From NCBI GenBank assembly GCA_963759805.1, contig CAVXAT010000001.1, forward strand, positions 160,001 to 224,000: a DNA stretch of 64,000 nt. The letters run 5' to 3'. Shown piece after piece: positions 49,429-60,011 of the stretch. This stretch comes from an uncultured bacterium. Lineage in GTDB: Bacteria > Babelota > Babeliae > Babelales > RVW-14. The number at the start of each line of letters is the position of its first letter. The stretch's first letter is position 1. The position numbers and the translations under genes were made by a program. The notes under the pieces are model-generated. The model saw nothing but the letters and a program-made list of their open reading frames with translations. It did not search any database and was not told the origin of the DNA.

Positions 49429-49779
49429 TTATTTGTACAGATGAGAAATGTTCAAGGGGTAGGATTGTCCATTTCGTTCAATGGTTAAATTTTTAAACCC
49501 TAACCCCTTTAAGATTTTAAAAAAACTTTTCATGCTGAAGTCTTTTTTTGCTCCTGATCGCATAGCCTGAACGACCGTTGGTGATACATCTGCCATTTTT
49601 GCAAGTTCCCTCACCGAGATTTCATCTTGCTCCATAATGGCAAGCAGAAGCTCTGAAAGTAAAAGATCCTTGTATTCTTTTTCAAATTCACGTTTTTCTT
49701 TGGGCTTTAGTGAACTTACAAATTCTTCGTATGTCGATTGGACTTTTTTGGTGTGAATCGGATTATTTTTTTTCATCAT
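49429..49779 (-). CDS. XRE-type HTH protein (orphan antitoxin-like)
   Basis: ISVRELAKMADVSPTVVQAMRSG HTH preceded by REFEKEY. Confidence 0.75.
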   Translation of the reverse strand: MMKKNNPIHTKKVQSTYEEFVSSLKPKEKREFEKEYKDLLLSELLLAIMEQDEISVRELAKMADVSPTVVQAMRSGAKKDFSMKSFFKILKGLGFKNLTIERNGQSYPLNISHLYK

Positions 49780-49863
49780 AATAAATTCCCTTTTTGTTTC
49801 TTTTTAAGTTTGATAAATTTAATATTAAATACCAAATTTTTTAATTGTTAATCAGGAGGAAAA

Positions 49864-50064
49864 ATGATTTCTAATTATAAGTACAAACCATTAGGCTATT
49901 TTTTACTAACCTTTATTGCAACCTATGCACTCTGGTTCATAGGAGCATATGTTAGTTTTCAAGCTGATAAAATAGGCTTGCAAATATTGTTTGTGCTGTC
50001 CGGTCTTAATGGTTCCGTTTATTATCTTACTTCAATTCTACTTGGCAACATTGAAGCGCAGTGA
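49864..50064 (+). pseudogene. Short membrane ORF, possibly the 5' remnant of a CPBP/CAAX protease gene
   Basis: Strong AGGAGG RBS; YFLLTFIATYALW resembles CPBP N-termini; ends after 66 aa. Confidence 0.35.
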
Positions 50065-50120
50065 TGGTTGCCTTGAACATAGGCATAGGGTTTCTATATT
50101 TAAGTATTTTCTCGAAAATC

Positions 50121-51485
50121 TTACCCCAGAATCTTACTGCATATGACGCAGTAGATAAGTACGCCCAGAATGTCCATCAGCGTTGTCAAAAAAGGAGCGG
50201 CGGAATGGGCGGGATCGAAGTTAAATCGTTCAAGGACGAGTGGAATTAAGGTTCCTAGAGTTATTGATGTAACGATAATCAGGAATAGAGAGAGTGTAAT
50301 AGCAATTGTGCTTATGAGATCATGTGATGTATAAAAAACACGAGTAAATCCCACCAAGACTATTATTGAGGCAAGAATCAGAGATATCCCCATCTCTCGA
50401 ATTAGCATTTTGATACCATTTTGACGAGTGATTTCTTTTGTTGTTAATCCTCGAATTACAAGCGTTGCAGATTGGTTGCCTGCATTGCCACCCGTTCCAA
50501 TTAACATTGTTAAGAATAGAGTGATGATCGCATAACTACTGATCATTGAATTATACTGGAACAGAATCATGCTTGAAAAACTTTGTAACAAAAGAAGCCC
50601 AATCAACCATGGTATGCGCTGTTTTACAAGTTGCCAGGTAGGTGTAGCAAAGTAGCTGTGTTCCATTGGCGCCTGTCCGGACATTTTATAAACGTCTTCA
50701 CTTTCCTCTTCTGTCATAATCTCAAAAACTGCTTCTGCCGTTATAATTCCAAGGAAGTGTTTTTCTTTATCTATTACCGGTGCTGAGATCAGGTTATAGT
50801 GTTTCATCTGGTTGGCTACATCTTCCTGGTCTTCATCTACGTCAACCAAAAATTCAGCTTTGTCCATAATTTGGCTGAGCAGTGTTTCCGGTTTATTTAA
50901 AACAAGTTTATCGATTGTCAAAGAGCCTACGACTACATTGTTTTTATCAGTGATATAAAATACATTATCAACGGACTGTTTTGGGGTTAGTCGTTGCAGA
51001 ACTTCGATACTACGTTTTACCGTGAAATTTTCTTGTAAAGTTAAAACGTCTGTTTGCATACGAGCCCCGGCAGACTCGGGTGCAAAACTTCTTAAAGAGA
51101 TTAATTTATTGCGCTGTTTTACTTGCAATAATTTCAGATATTTTTCCAGCTCTTCATCAGATATGTGTTCAAAAAGATCTGTAAGTGCGCTTACAGGAAT
51201 TTCGGTTAGAATGTAAGCGATGTCATCATGATCAAGATTTGCAAGAATAAATGCCTGAATTGGTTCTTGGATTTTTTCAAAAACTTTGAAGGCAAGATCT
51301 TTGGGTAATTTTTTGAACAGCTCTATCTGTGATTGATTATCAATATTATTGATTATCAAAGCAATATCTGCGGGGTGTTGCTGCAAAAGAATCTGCCATA
51401 AATCCTTGCCAAGTATTGTATCTTCTTTGATAATGCTTGCGATATTATTCTCAATCTGTAGCAGAACTTTTTTCAACGTTAACAT
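50121..51485 (-). CDS. mgtE: Magnesium transporter MgtE
   Basis: HPADIA, ESAGARM, CBS pair, GTGGNAGNQS, DPAHSAAPFLTTLMD. Confidence 0.95.
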   Translation of the reverse strand: MLTLKKVLLQIENNIASIIKEDTILGKDLWQILLQQHPADIALIINNIDNQSQIELFKKLPKDLAFKVFEKIQEPIQAFILANLDHDDIAYILTEIPVSALTDLFEHISDEELEKYLKLLQVKQRNKLISLRSFAPESAGARMQTDVLTLQENFTVKRSIEVLQRLTPKQSVDNVFYITDKNNVVVGSLTIDKLVLNKPETLLSQIMDKAEFLVDVDEDQEDVANQMKHYNLISAPVIDKEKHFLGIITAEAVFEIMTEEESEDVYKMSGQAPMEHSYFATPTWQLVKQRIPWLIGLLLLQSFSSMILFQYNSMISSYAIITLFLTMLIGTGGNAGNQSATLVIRGLTTKEITRQNGIKMLIREMGISLILASIIVLVGFTRVFYTSHDLISTIAITLSLFLIIVTSITLGTLIPLVLERFNFDPAHSAAPFLTTLMDILGVLIYCVICSKILG

Positions 51486-51675
51486 GGGCGTCCCCTTTTC
51501 GAAAATTAAAGTTTAAAGGCAAATTCCTATTTGACTTTATTTTACATGAAAATATAATTAAAGAGAAATGGATCCTTAATGATACTAGTAATTTGTAGTA
51601 AATCCAATGTTTAATCGTATTTTGTTTTATAAAAAAATTAATCTTTACCGGTCATGACCAATTTTGTTATGATTC

Positions 51676-52623
51676 GTGGGGGTTTTGGGGTTAGATATGT
51701 CAGCAACTATTTTAAATGTTACAAATATTCCTACAGAACTGGCCGGAAGCCGGCTGGATAGGGTTTTATTTTTACAACTTCCCGGCTACTCAAGGACATA
51801 TTTTCAAGACCTGATTGATCGAGGGTTGGTCCTTGTAAATGGAAAAAAGGTAACAAAGAGCAGTTATGCCGTTCAGGCAACCGATCAAATTTCAGTAACT
51901 ATTCCACCGGCAAAGCAGTACGATTTAACGCCGGTGCCTGTTGCTTTTGATGTTGTTGATGAAAATGCCGATTTTCTTGTGATCAATAAGCCCGCAGGTT
52001 TGGTAGTCCATCCTTCGGATAATAATAAAGAAGAGGTTTCACTAGTTCATGGGCTTCTTCACCGTTATCCTGATTTTTGTAACATCAAGGATGATCAGCG
52101 GCCTGGTGTAGTTCATCGCCTTGATCGCGATACATCCGGATTAATGCTTATTGCACGTACGGAGTACTCCACGCGCGATTTGATTTGCATGTTTGAAAAA
52201 CGTCAGATGCAAAAAACTTATCTGGCAGTTGTTGCTCGACATCCGCACAAATCCGGTACGATCGAATTTCCAATTGGTCGTCACCCTATTCATCGTCACA
52301 AAATGTCTCACATGGGTATTGCCAGTCGAGAAGCCACAAGTTTTTATGAAAATCTTGTTTACTACAAAGACAGTTCATTGGTCTCCGTTCGCATTGTTAC
52401 CGGCCGAACGCATCAGATTCGTGTTCACATGGCGGCCATAGGGCATGGTCTTGTGGGAGATTCGTTATATGGATACAAATCCAGACTTATATCTCGACAA
52501 GCGCTCCATTCCTGGAAGCTCTCTTTTGAGTACAAAGGCAAAAAGTTTAATTATCAGGTCCCGGTTCCTCAAGATATGAAGGATTTGTTGCAGAAGCTGA
52601 AAAATGGTGAAAACTTCAATTAA
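51676..52623 (+). CDS. rluD: RluA/RluD-family 23S pseudouridine synthase
   Basis: S4 domain, NKPAGLVVHP, HRLDRDTSG, TGRTHQIRVH, GDSLYG. Confidence 0.9.
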   Translation: MGVLGLDMSATILNVTNIPTELAGSRLDRVLFLQLPGYSRTYFQDLIDRGLVLVNGKKVTKSSYAVQATDQISVTIPPAKQYDLTPVPVAFDVVDENADFLVINKPAGLVVHPSDNNKEEVSLVHGLLHRYPDFCNIKDDQRPGVVHRLDRDTSGLMLIARTEYSTRDLICMFEKRQMQKTYLAVVARHPHKSGTIEFPIGRHPIHRHKMSHMGIASREATSFYENLVYYKDSSLVSVRIVTGRTHQIRVHMAAIGHGLVGDSLYGYKSRLISRQALHSWKLSFEYKGKKFNYQVPVPQDMKDLLQKLKNGENFN

Positions 52624-52832
52624 TAGCACTTTTGCGCGCTTTTTACTTATTTTATTTCCCCAAATTTTCTGAAAAACTCAAAATAATCACAAAAAGTGGG
52701 GTTTTTTGCCTTACTAGCGCTTAAAACTCTTGTTTTTGCTTGCCAAAATCAATTAGTCTTAGATTAAGAAAGATAGAAGAGTGCATAAACGAGTTTTTGC
52801 CTGTCATAACGTACTACTTGTGAGGTAATGAT

Positions 52833-53090
52833 ATGCTAAAAAATAAGATTACTAGATTAAGAAGATTTAAAAGGATTCTGTTTTTATTATGCTCTTTTAA
52901 TTCGAGTCTTTATGCGCCCTGCACAAATAATGGGATATTGGCACCCAGGGCGAATGCTGACTCTAAAGAACGCTTTTGTGAGTCTAGCCGTTTGCCTAAC
53001 GTCACATTACAAACTCGAATTGAAATTCGACCTGTTGGGCAAGGCAGTTTTGTGGATGTAGGTGAATTTGATGTTAACCGAAGGAGTTGA
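52833..53090 (+). CDS. Small hypothetical protein with signal-peptide-like N-terminus
   Basis: GAGG RBS; basic, then hydrophobic leader ending LYA. Confidence 0.4.
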   Translation: MLKNKITRLRRFKRILFLLCSFNSSLYAPCTNNGILAPRANADSKERFCESSRLPNVTLQTRIEIRPVGQGSFVDVGEFDVNRRS

Positions 53091-53172
53091 ACTTTCGTTT
53101 GACAATTGCGGGTATAGACTTATAATTAAGCTACAAATTAAGATTTTCTAAGCGGATATTTTGAAATTATAA

Positions 53173-53249
<77 letters not shown>

Positions 53250-53255
53250 AATTTA

Positions 53256-53280
53256 CTCCCAGCAGTCGCTGGGGTTTTTA
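53256..53280 (+). terminator. tRNA-fMet terminator
   Basis: CCCAGC-agtc-GCTGGG followed by GTTTTT. Confidence 0.8.
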
Positions 53281-53292
53281 GTTTCTACAAAT

Positions 53293-53520
53293 TTCGATAA
53301 TTCGGGAAAAGGGGTTGAATGGTGTCGGAAGCTTCTTCCAGTCAGAGATTTGTCATGCTGAATTTATTTCAGCATCCATGAATAAATTTATTCCAAATTT
53401 CTGCAATTGAGCAATAGGAGCCACTAATCCATGGATCCTGAAACAAGTTCAGGATGACACAGGGCTCTGGTGAAAACAATCTGACACTTCGGACAGTTAT
53501 GAAACAAGTTCAGGATGACA
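53293..53520 (+). repeat. ~165-bp REPIN/MITE-like element, copy 3, plus an extra partial palindrome (53500-53520)
   Basis: Homologous to 14224-14388; the extra half-unit overlaps the truB stop codon. Confidence 0.85.
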
Positions 53521-54277
53521 AGTGGCTTTGATTAGAGCAATCTGTCGCATCGAAAGCTTTTCTAATATCTTCAACTGTCTTTAAATCACAAAGTTGCACA
53601 GCATCTTCAAGTTTGTATTCACCAATCTTTGTTCTCTCAAGCTCATAAGTCGTCGCATGCAATCCCAATTTTTGAGCGATATCATCTGCCAGTGATCTGA
53701 CATACGTTCCCTTTGATACGTGCGCTTTGAATGTGAAGAATGGCAATTCAATATTTAAAAGTTCAATTTTATAAATTTCAACCAAGCGGCTCTTCTTTTG
53801 AGTAATCTGTTCAAGCTTGTGAGTTTCCATTTTTTGTTTGCGTGCAAGTTCATGCAATGGAGTCCCCTGATGCTTTAGCGCAGAGTAGATTGGTGGAGTC
53901 TGAATGTAACTTGATCCCAACTCTTTGATTGCCTTTTCGATATCTTGTTTTGTAATATTTTGACTAATTTCTTGTGATTCGAGAATCTTCGATTCAATTA
54001 TTTTTCCTGTCAGATCAAGAGTATCTGTTAGTTCGCCGAGTTTGGCTTTTACAATATACTCTTTGTCTTGCGTCATTAGCTGATCGATTGATTTGGTTGC
54101 CTGCCGGCCGATGCAGATTAACATCAATCCTGATGCGAACGGATCAAGTGTGCCAGCATGACCAATCTTAATTTTTTTAGCCTTTAAAATACGTTTAATA
54201 TGCCTGATGCAGTCGTATGAGGTTATGCCTGCCGGCTTGTTGATTTTTATGAGTCCTGAAAAATTGATCTCTCGCAT
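53510..54277 (-). CDS. truB: tRNA pseudouridine(55) synthase
   Basis: KIGHAGTLDPFASG, PPIYSALK, SKGTYVRSLA. Confidence 0.96.
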   Translation of the reverse strand: MREINFSGLIKINKPAGITSYDCIRHIKRILKAKKIKIGHAGTLDPFASGLMLICIGRQATKSIDQLMTQDKEYIVKAKLGELTDTLDLTGKIIESKILESQEISQNITKQDIEKAIKELGSSYIQTPPIYSALKHQGTPLHELARKQKMETHKLEQITQKKSRLVEIYKIELLNIELPFFTFKAHVSKGTYVRSLADDIAQKLGLHATTYELERTKIGEYKLEDAVQLCDLKTVEDIRKAFDATDCSNQSHLSS

Positions 54278-54304
54278 GTTGTATATTTTTCCTGTTTTCT
54301 ATAA

Positions 54305-55174
54305 TTATTTTAGCTGTTCATGAATCTTGAGCAGCAGCTCTTTAAATGATTGAATGCTTTTAATAAAAGCCTCTTTTTCTTGCAACGCCGGTTTGATGTC
54401 AGTAATATCTTCAGCTGTTTGGGCTGCAAGAATTTCTTCGCTGGCGGTTTCTTCTGCTAGCACTGTGTTAGGTTTCTCGGCTATGTTTTCGCTTTGCAGA
54501 TCTTCATGCGCGCCTTGGAACGTTGTTTCGGCGTTATCTGCTCGTCCCTTTGCGATAAATGCTTGTGCCAGCTCTTCAGCTACAAGCTCTTCGGCTGTCA
54601 TTTCTTGCGTTGGAAGTTCTTGAATGGCCATCTCTTGAATAGCCTGTTCAAGCGTGGCAATTTCAGCAATTTCTTGTTCCTGCGTGCAGATCATTTTGGC
54701 TGCTACTTGATCTGTTACTACTTGTGTTGTGGCTTCCTGTGATACTGTTTCTTGTATGGTGAGTTCTTGCATTGCAATCTCTTGTGACACAACTTCTTGC
54801 GACGCAGCTTCTCGTGCTTCAACTTCTTGACTTGACGGTTGCTGCGTTACTTGATCAGTAAATTCTTTACCCGTAAATTCTTTGTCATCAAATTCTTTCC
54901 CTGCTAATATCTCTTGCAGATGCTTTTTCGCTATAGATTGTGGTATTTTTTTTATAAGAACGAGATTTTTGATAGTTGCAAATACTTTGAAATCTTCCTG
55001 AGAGTATTTATTGTCCGGTCCGCTTTTTTTAAGATCAAACTGTTTTTCCCAGTTTTTAAGAACAAATTTTTTTACTCCCAACTCTTTGGCCAACTCATCT
55101 ACCCTAAAACTCTTTTTGGCCGGAACATTTTGCATATGCATTCCATTCTCCTTTTTAAACATATCATTACTCAA
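54305..55174 (-). CDS. MerR-type HTH protein with long acidic Q/E-repeat C-terminus
   Basis: KKSFRVDELAKELGVKKFVLKNWEKQF...YSQED followed by repeated QE units. Confidence 0.7.
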   Translation of the reverse strand: MSNDMFKKENGMHMQNVPAKKSFRVDELAKELGVKKFVLKNWEKQFDLKKSGPDNKYSQEDFKVFATIKNLVLIKKIPQSIAKKHLQEILAGKEFDDKEFTGKEFTDQVTQQPSSQEVEAREAASQEVVSQEIAMQELTIQETVSQEATTQVVTDQVAAKMICTQEQEIAEIATLEQAIQEMAIQELPTQEMTAEELVAEELAQAFIAKGRADNAETTFQGAHEDLQSENIAEKPNTVLAEETASEEILAAQTAEDITDIKPALQEKEAFIKSIQSFKELLLKIHEQLK

Positions 55175-55766
55175 AAGTTATCAAAACTTGATTTTGTTGT
55201 ACCAAATTTCCTTCCATAATTGAAACATTTTTAATAAATCCATGCAACGTTGCGTGGATTTCGTTCTCCATCTTCATTGATTCTATAATTACCAGAAGCT
55301 GGTTTTTGCTGACCTTATCACCAGGCTTGACCAATATTTTTACAACCCGGCCCGCCAGCGGACTTCTCAGAGCCCGCTCAGCGATTGCGCTTTCTCTTGG
55401 TGCATCTTCACGATCAAGAATCATGGGATTAGGTAGTATTTTCTTTTCAACAGGTTCAACAAGAACTTGCGTGCAGTGATTTATGATATAAAGCAACAAT
55501 TTTTCGTTGCTGTTCCCGTTATTTAAAAATTGCCCTTGATCTTGCTGCCCTGAGTACTTGATTTTGACCGGATGATTATTAATCACAAGGTTTAAAATTT
55601 GTTTTGTGCCTCCATTCTCTTGCGATCCATGAGCCTCAAGTGATACCTCAAAAACTTTTTCATTAATTTTGAATTTAAAATAAGCGGGATGTTGTTCTAA
55701 AATTTCAACGGCTACAGTTTTGCCATCGATTACAAATTCTTTTATTGCCATTGTTGATCTTTCCAC
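55167..55766 (-). CDS. Biotin carboxyl carrier protein
   Basis: SPLAGRVVKI...IESMKMENEI. Confidence 0.9.
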   Translation of the reverse strand: MERSTMAIKEFVIDGKTVAVEILEQHPAYFKFKINEKVFEVSLEAHGSQENGGTKQILNLVINNHPVKIKYSGQQDQGQFLNNGNSNEKLLLYIINHCTQVLVEPVEKKILPNPMILDREDAPRESAIAERALRSPLAGRVVKILVKPGDKVSKNQLLVIIESMKMENEIHATLHGFIKNVSIMEGNLVQQNQVLITFE

Positions 55767-57412
55767 CTGTTGTTTTTAGAATCAGCTTGATGTGTTTTTT
55801 GGGTTTTGTAAGTTTTGCTTGGTGTGTATGTGCTGTGTTGTTTTTTGAGCAGATTTAGAATTGTTGCAGCGATCGCGCCAATATCTTGATAGGGTAGTTC
55901 AAGTAATCTATTCTTCTGAAAAATTTGCTCAATAAACTCTTTTGTGAGAGTCTGGGTGTGAAAATTTCCAGCTACAAACTCTTGCGTGCAAAGAAGAGTT
56001 TGTAAAAACTCTATGTTTGTCGTAACGCCCTGAATGTGAAAATTTTTAAGAGCAGTTTGCATGTACGCCGTTGCTAGTTCGCGGTTTTGGCCGTACACCG
56101 TAATTTTTGCCTGCATCGGATCAAAGAAAGGCGATATTTCGCCACCGTGTGCAAGCGCATGATCAACGCGAATAAACGGCATATGTGGAATTTCAAGATA
56201 ATTTATTTTGCCGGTGCATGGGACAAAATTATTCTCCGGATCTTCAGAATAAATCCTGCATTCGATAGCGTGACCGTGTTGTGTGACATCTTCCTGCGTT
56301 AGTGTCATCTGACCAGTTTGTGCAATTTGCAGTTGCAGTGCAACAAGATCAACACCTGTGGTCATCTCTGTTACCGAGTGTTCGACTTGTAGGCGAGTGT
56401 TCATTTCAAGAAAATAAAAATCTTCCGGACATGCTAGATTTTGACTTGCCAAGTCTTGATTTGTAGTGTCTTGAGTGACCATAAACTCAATTGTCCCTAC
56501 GCTTTGATAGGTTACAGCTTTGGCTAAACTGATTGCTGCCTCGTACATTTTCTCAAGAGTTTGCTTGCTGACAAACCGACATGGCGATTCCTCTACAATT
56601 TTTTGGTAACGACGTTGTAAGGAGCAGTCTCGTTCAAAAAGATGAACAAATTTTTGACCATCTCCCGCAATCTGAATTTCAATATGCCTTGCGTTTTCAA
56701 GGTACCGTTCGAGTAAAATTGTTGTGGTTCCTGTAAGTTTTTGGGACTCAGATATGGTCATACTTAGGGCATTTTCAAAATCTGCTTGGTTGGTTACTCT
56801 TCTGGCCCCTTTGCCTCCCCCTCCAAGCGGATCTTTTAAAATAAGTGGGAATCCTACTTGTTTGGCAACATTTAGCGCGTCCTGAAAGCTTATCTGATTG
56901 ATATTTTCAAGCTTGGCGCCTGGGATGGTAGGGACTCCGGCCTCTTGCGCTATTTTTCTTGCCTGGTTTTTGTCACCCATTAACCGAATGGTTTCCGGGT
57001 TTGGCCCGATCCATGAAATCCCGGCATCAACAACTTTTTGTGCAAAATCGGCATTTTCGGAAAGAAAGCCGTACCCTGGGTGGATGGCATCGCAGCCTGA
57101 TTTTTGTGCAATTTCTATGATTTTATCCTGAGCCAGGTAGGCCTTATACCCCTCCAGATTGATAAAATATGCCTGGTCTGCCTGGTATACATGTGGGCTT
57201 GCGTGATCTTGAGGGGCGTAAATAGCAACCGTTTGTATGCCCAGCGACTTGCACGTTTGCTGGATTCGCAGGGCTATTTCACCGCGGTTTGCTATCAGGA
57301 TTTTTTTAAAAGTATGTTTTGTGGTCATCTTTGCTTCTTTATTGCAATTTGTTGCACTAAAATTATATGCTTTGTAGATATTAAAATATCGGATAAGCCG
57401 TGGTATTGTCAA
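55742..57412 (-). CDS. accC: Biotin carboxylase (acyl-CoA carboxylase alpha subunit)
   Basis: ILIANRGEIA, HPGYGFLSEN, GGGGKG, RDCSLQRR, FLEMNTRLQVEH; real start probably MTTKHTF. Confidence 0.92.
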   Translation of the reverse strand: MTIPRLIRYFNIYKAYNFSATNCNKEAKMTTKHTFKKILIANRGEIALRIQQTCKSLGIQTVAIYAPQDHASPHVYQADQAYFINLEGYKAYLAQDKIIEIAQKSGCDAIHPGYGFLSENADFAQKVVDAGISWIGPNPETIRLMGDKNQARKIAQEAGVPTIPGAKLENINQISFQDALNVAKQVGFPLILKDPLGGGGKGARRVTNQADFENALSMTISESQKLTGTTTILLERYLENARHIEIQIAGDGQKFVHLFERDCSLQRRYQKIVEESPCRFVSKQTLEKMYEAAISLAKAVTYQSVGTIEFMVTQDTTNQDLASQNLACPEDFYFLEMNTRLQVEHSVTEMTTGVDLVALQLQIAQTGQMTLTQEDVTQHGHAIECRIYSEDPENNFVPCTGKINYLEIPHMPFIRVDHALAHGGEISPFFDPMQAKITVYGQNRELATAYMQTALKNFHIQGVTTNIEFLQTLLCTQEFVAGNFHTQTLTKEFIEQIFQKNRLLELPYQDIGAIAATILNLLKKQHSTYTPSKTYKTQKTHQADSKNNRWKDQQWQ

Positions 57413-57482
57413 ACGCCGGGTTGAATTTACTTTGGGTTGTGTGGTAAACTAACCAATCAGTGTCACAAGGCTTAATTAGGGG

Positions 57483-57809
57483 ATGCTCATGATAAGTAGC
57501 GATTTGATTGAAAAAGTAAAAAATTTGTTAGTTAGGGCATACAATCCTTTGGAGATATATCTTTTTGGATCATATGCATGGGGACATCCATCGCGAGATA
57601 GCGACTTGGATTTGGTGATTGTTGTTGAAAAGTCTAATGAAAAAAATTATAAAAGGCCATTGATTGCATATGATGCTTTAGTTGATATAGACGTTCCAAC
57701 AGACATAATTGTTTATACCAAGGATGAGTTCGAAAATAAGTCCAGAAAAATAACAACTCTCTGCTATAAAATAAAAAATGAGGGGAAGCGAATTTATGCA
57801 AGAGCATGA
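57483..57809 (+). CDS. Minimal nucleotidyltransferase (MNT), paralog of 3793-4116
   Basis: IYLFGSYAWG...DSDLDLVIV. Confidence 0.9.
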   Translation: MLMISSDLIEKVKNLLVRAYNPLEIYLFGSYAWGHPSRDSDLDLVIVVEKSNEKNYKRPLIAYDALVDIDVPTDIIVYTKDEFENKSRKITTLCYKIKNEGKRIYARA

Positions 57810-58167
57810 GTCTTGGCTTAAAATAGCAGCAGAGGATTTAAGAAGTGCAAAGATTTTATTTGAAAATGATGCATTAAATAATTCAGCTTATTGTACTTAG
57901 CAATGTGCAGAAAAAGCGCTGAAGGCTTATCTCGTTAGTAAAAAACATAAGATTGAAAAAACACATGATTTAGTTTATTTATTAAAAGTTTGCTTTCATT
58001 ATGAGCCTACATTTTGGAGCTTGTTTCATGCTGCAAAGGCACTTAACCCATTTTCAACGGGATCCAGATACCCGGATGATTTCGAGGTTTTGGAACGTGA
58101 AGATATTTGTGCTTTGATAGAAAAAGCAGAGGAAATTTTCAATTTTGCCAAATCAAAAATTAAATAA
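57796..58167 (+). pseudogene. HEPN gene with in-frame TAG at 57898-57900
   Basis: MQEHESWLKIAAEDL...AYCT*QCAEKALKAY...KTHDL...RYPDD; the paralog at 3381-3806 has Gln at the stop position. Confidence 0.88.
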
Positions 58168-58188
58168 ATTTTTTAATGGGAGGGCTTT

Positions 58189-59538
58189 ATGGATTTTAAA
58201 AAAATGGATTTTGAGAAGATAAGAAGCGATTTTCCAATATTTTCAAAAATGAAGCAGCTTGGGCGTAAGTTTGTCTATCTGGACAGCGCTGCAACAACAC
58301 ATAAACCTCAAGTTGTCATCGATTCACTCATTGATTTTTACACTTTGCATAATGCCAACGTTCACAGAGGATTATATGAAACTGGTGAACAAGCGACATC
58401 TTTGTACGAGAGTGCTCGTGACAAGGTTGCCAAATTTATAAATGCCAAAAAATCTTCTGAGATAATTTTTACAAGTGGTACAACTGAAAGTATAAATTTT
58501 GTTGCACAAACTTGGGCAACAGCCAATCTAAAACCCGGTGACGAGATTTTGCTTACGCAGGCTGAGCACCATTCCAATCTACTTCCATGGCAGAGGATGG
58601 CCAAGCAGACCGGTGCAGTGCTTAAATTTATTCCCATAAATTCTAAAACTTTTAAAGTTGAGCGCTCTGGCGGAGAGTTTTATGTCCAAAAAAATTCTGG
58701 TTTTTGTCATCCTGAACTTGATTCAGGATCTAATCCAATAATTGCTCCTGAACATTGGGTCACTCCCAAAACCAAACTTGTTGCAGTAACTTACGTTTCT
58801 AATATTTTGGGCGACATCTGGGCAACCGGGCAGTTGGAAAATTTGATTGCTGAGGCAAAAAAGCGGGGCGCCAAAATTCTGATCGACGCAGCGCAGGCAG
58901 TTGCGCATCGTAAAGTTGACGTTCAATCTTTGGATTTAGATTTTATGGCATTCTCAGGTCACAAGATGTTTGCGCCAACCGGTATCGGGGTTCTTTATAT
59001 TAAAAGTGATTTGCAAGACCAAATTGAGCCGTATAAAGTTGGAGGCGGAATGGTGATGTCAGCCTCTTTTAACAATGCGAGTTGGCTGCAAGCTCCACAA
59101 AAATTCGAGGCCGGAACACCTGCCATTGCACAGGTAATTGGGCTAGGGGCTGCCGTTGATTACATATCACAAAACTTAAATTTTGATCAAGTTGCAAAGC
59201 ATGAAGCCATTTTGTATAACCAGTTACTTGCAGAGCTGCTCAAGATTAAAAAGATTAGAATTGCCGGCAATATTTCAGAACTTGAAAAACATGGTCATCT
59301 AAATGGTCAGTTAATATGTTTTGCCATTGATGGTGTGCATGCTCATGATATTGCCGGGTATATTGGTGAAAGAGGGGGGGCAGTGAGGGCAGGGCACCAC
59401 TGTGTGCAGCCGCTTGTGAACTATCTTGGTTTTGAATCGTTGGTAAGAGTAAGCTTTGGGGTTTATAATACGGCACAAGATGTTGATAGTTTTATTACAG
59501 AACTAAAAGAAGCTTTAAAGTTTTTTGGTGCGAGATAA
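58189..59538 (+). CDS. sufS: Cysteine desulfurase SufS
   Basis: YLDSAATTHKP, ANVHRG, EHHSN, FSGHKM, FEAGTP, RAGHHC. Confidence 0.96.
   Translation: MDFKKMDFEKIRSDFPIFSKMKQLGRKFVYLDSAATTHKPQVVIDSLIDFYTLHNANVHRGLYETGEQATSLYESARDKVAKFINAKKSSEIIFTSGTTESINFVAQTWATANLKPGDEILLTQAEHHSNLLPWQRMAKQTGAVLKFIPINSKTFKVERSGGEFYVQKNSGFCHPELDSGSNPIIAPEHWVTPKTKLVAVTYVSNILGDIWATGQLENLIAEAKKRGAKILIDAAQAVAHRKVDVQSLDLDFMAFSGHKMFAPTGIGVLYIKSDLQDQIEPYKVGGGMVMSASFNNASWLQAPQKFEAGTPAIAQVIGLGAAVDYISQNLNFDQVAKHEAILYNQLLAELLKIKKIRIAGNISELEKHGHLNGQLICFAIDGVHAHDIAGYIGERGGAVRAGHHCVQPLVNYLGFESLVRVSFGVYNTAQDVDSFITELKEALKFFGAR
58705..58730. repeat. Family-A palindrome inserted in-frame in sufS
   Basis: TGTCATCCTGAACTTGATTCAGGATC, encoding CHPELDSGS. 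Confidence 0.85.
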
Positions 59539-59553
59539 GAGGCGTGGTGTAAA

Positions 59554-59937
59554 ATGAGTTCCAAAAATTATCAAGAAGAGTTATTCGAACATTTCAAATA
59601 CCCTTGTAATAAAAAGTGCATAAATAATCCTGATTTTCAAGCTGGGCAAGATAATCCTTCATGTGGAGACAAAGTTACAATCGAAGGTAAAATTTCGGGC
59701 AACAAAGTTATCGAGATTGGTTTTAATGGAAGCGGATGCGTGATAAGCCAGGCTGCAACTTCAATGCTGACTGAGTTTTGCAAAAATAAAACAGTTGACG
59801 AAATTCTTGCGCTAACAAAAGATGATGTTTTAAATTTAGTCAAAATTGAACTCGGGCCCAATCGCTTGAAGTGTGCGCTGCTATGTTTGCATGTTCTGCA
59901 AGAGGCATTAGTAAAATTTAGATCTACCAAGAAATAG
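59554..59937 (+). CDS. sufU: SufU/IscU-type Fe-S scaffold
   Basis: NPSCGD, GCVISQAA, RLKCALL. Confidence 0.9.
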   Translation: MSSKNYQEELFEHFKYPCNKKCINNPDFQAGQDNPSCGDKVTIEGKISGNKVIEIGFNGSGCVISQAATSMLTEFCKNKTVDEILALTKDDVLNLVKIELGPNRLKCALLCLHVLQEALVKFRSTKK

Positions 59938-60011
59938 GCAATAGAGGTTGCAAAAGGTTGCTTTTGGTGTTATTATGCTTGCATGTTTATATTTTGGAAA
60001 GGAATTTAAGT

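Noticed and set aside
48894..50064. tRNA-anchored prophage or integrative element
   Set aside because: No integrase, phage genes or duplicated tRNA 3' end seen in the window.
57898..57900. Stop-codon reassignment or pyrrolysine readthrough
   Set aside because: TAG terminates ordinary genes here (e.g. 12506, 15930, 24701, 62101); a single C-to-T change explains it.
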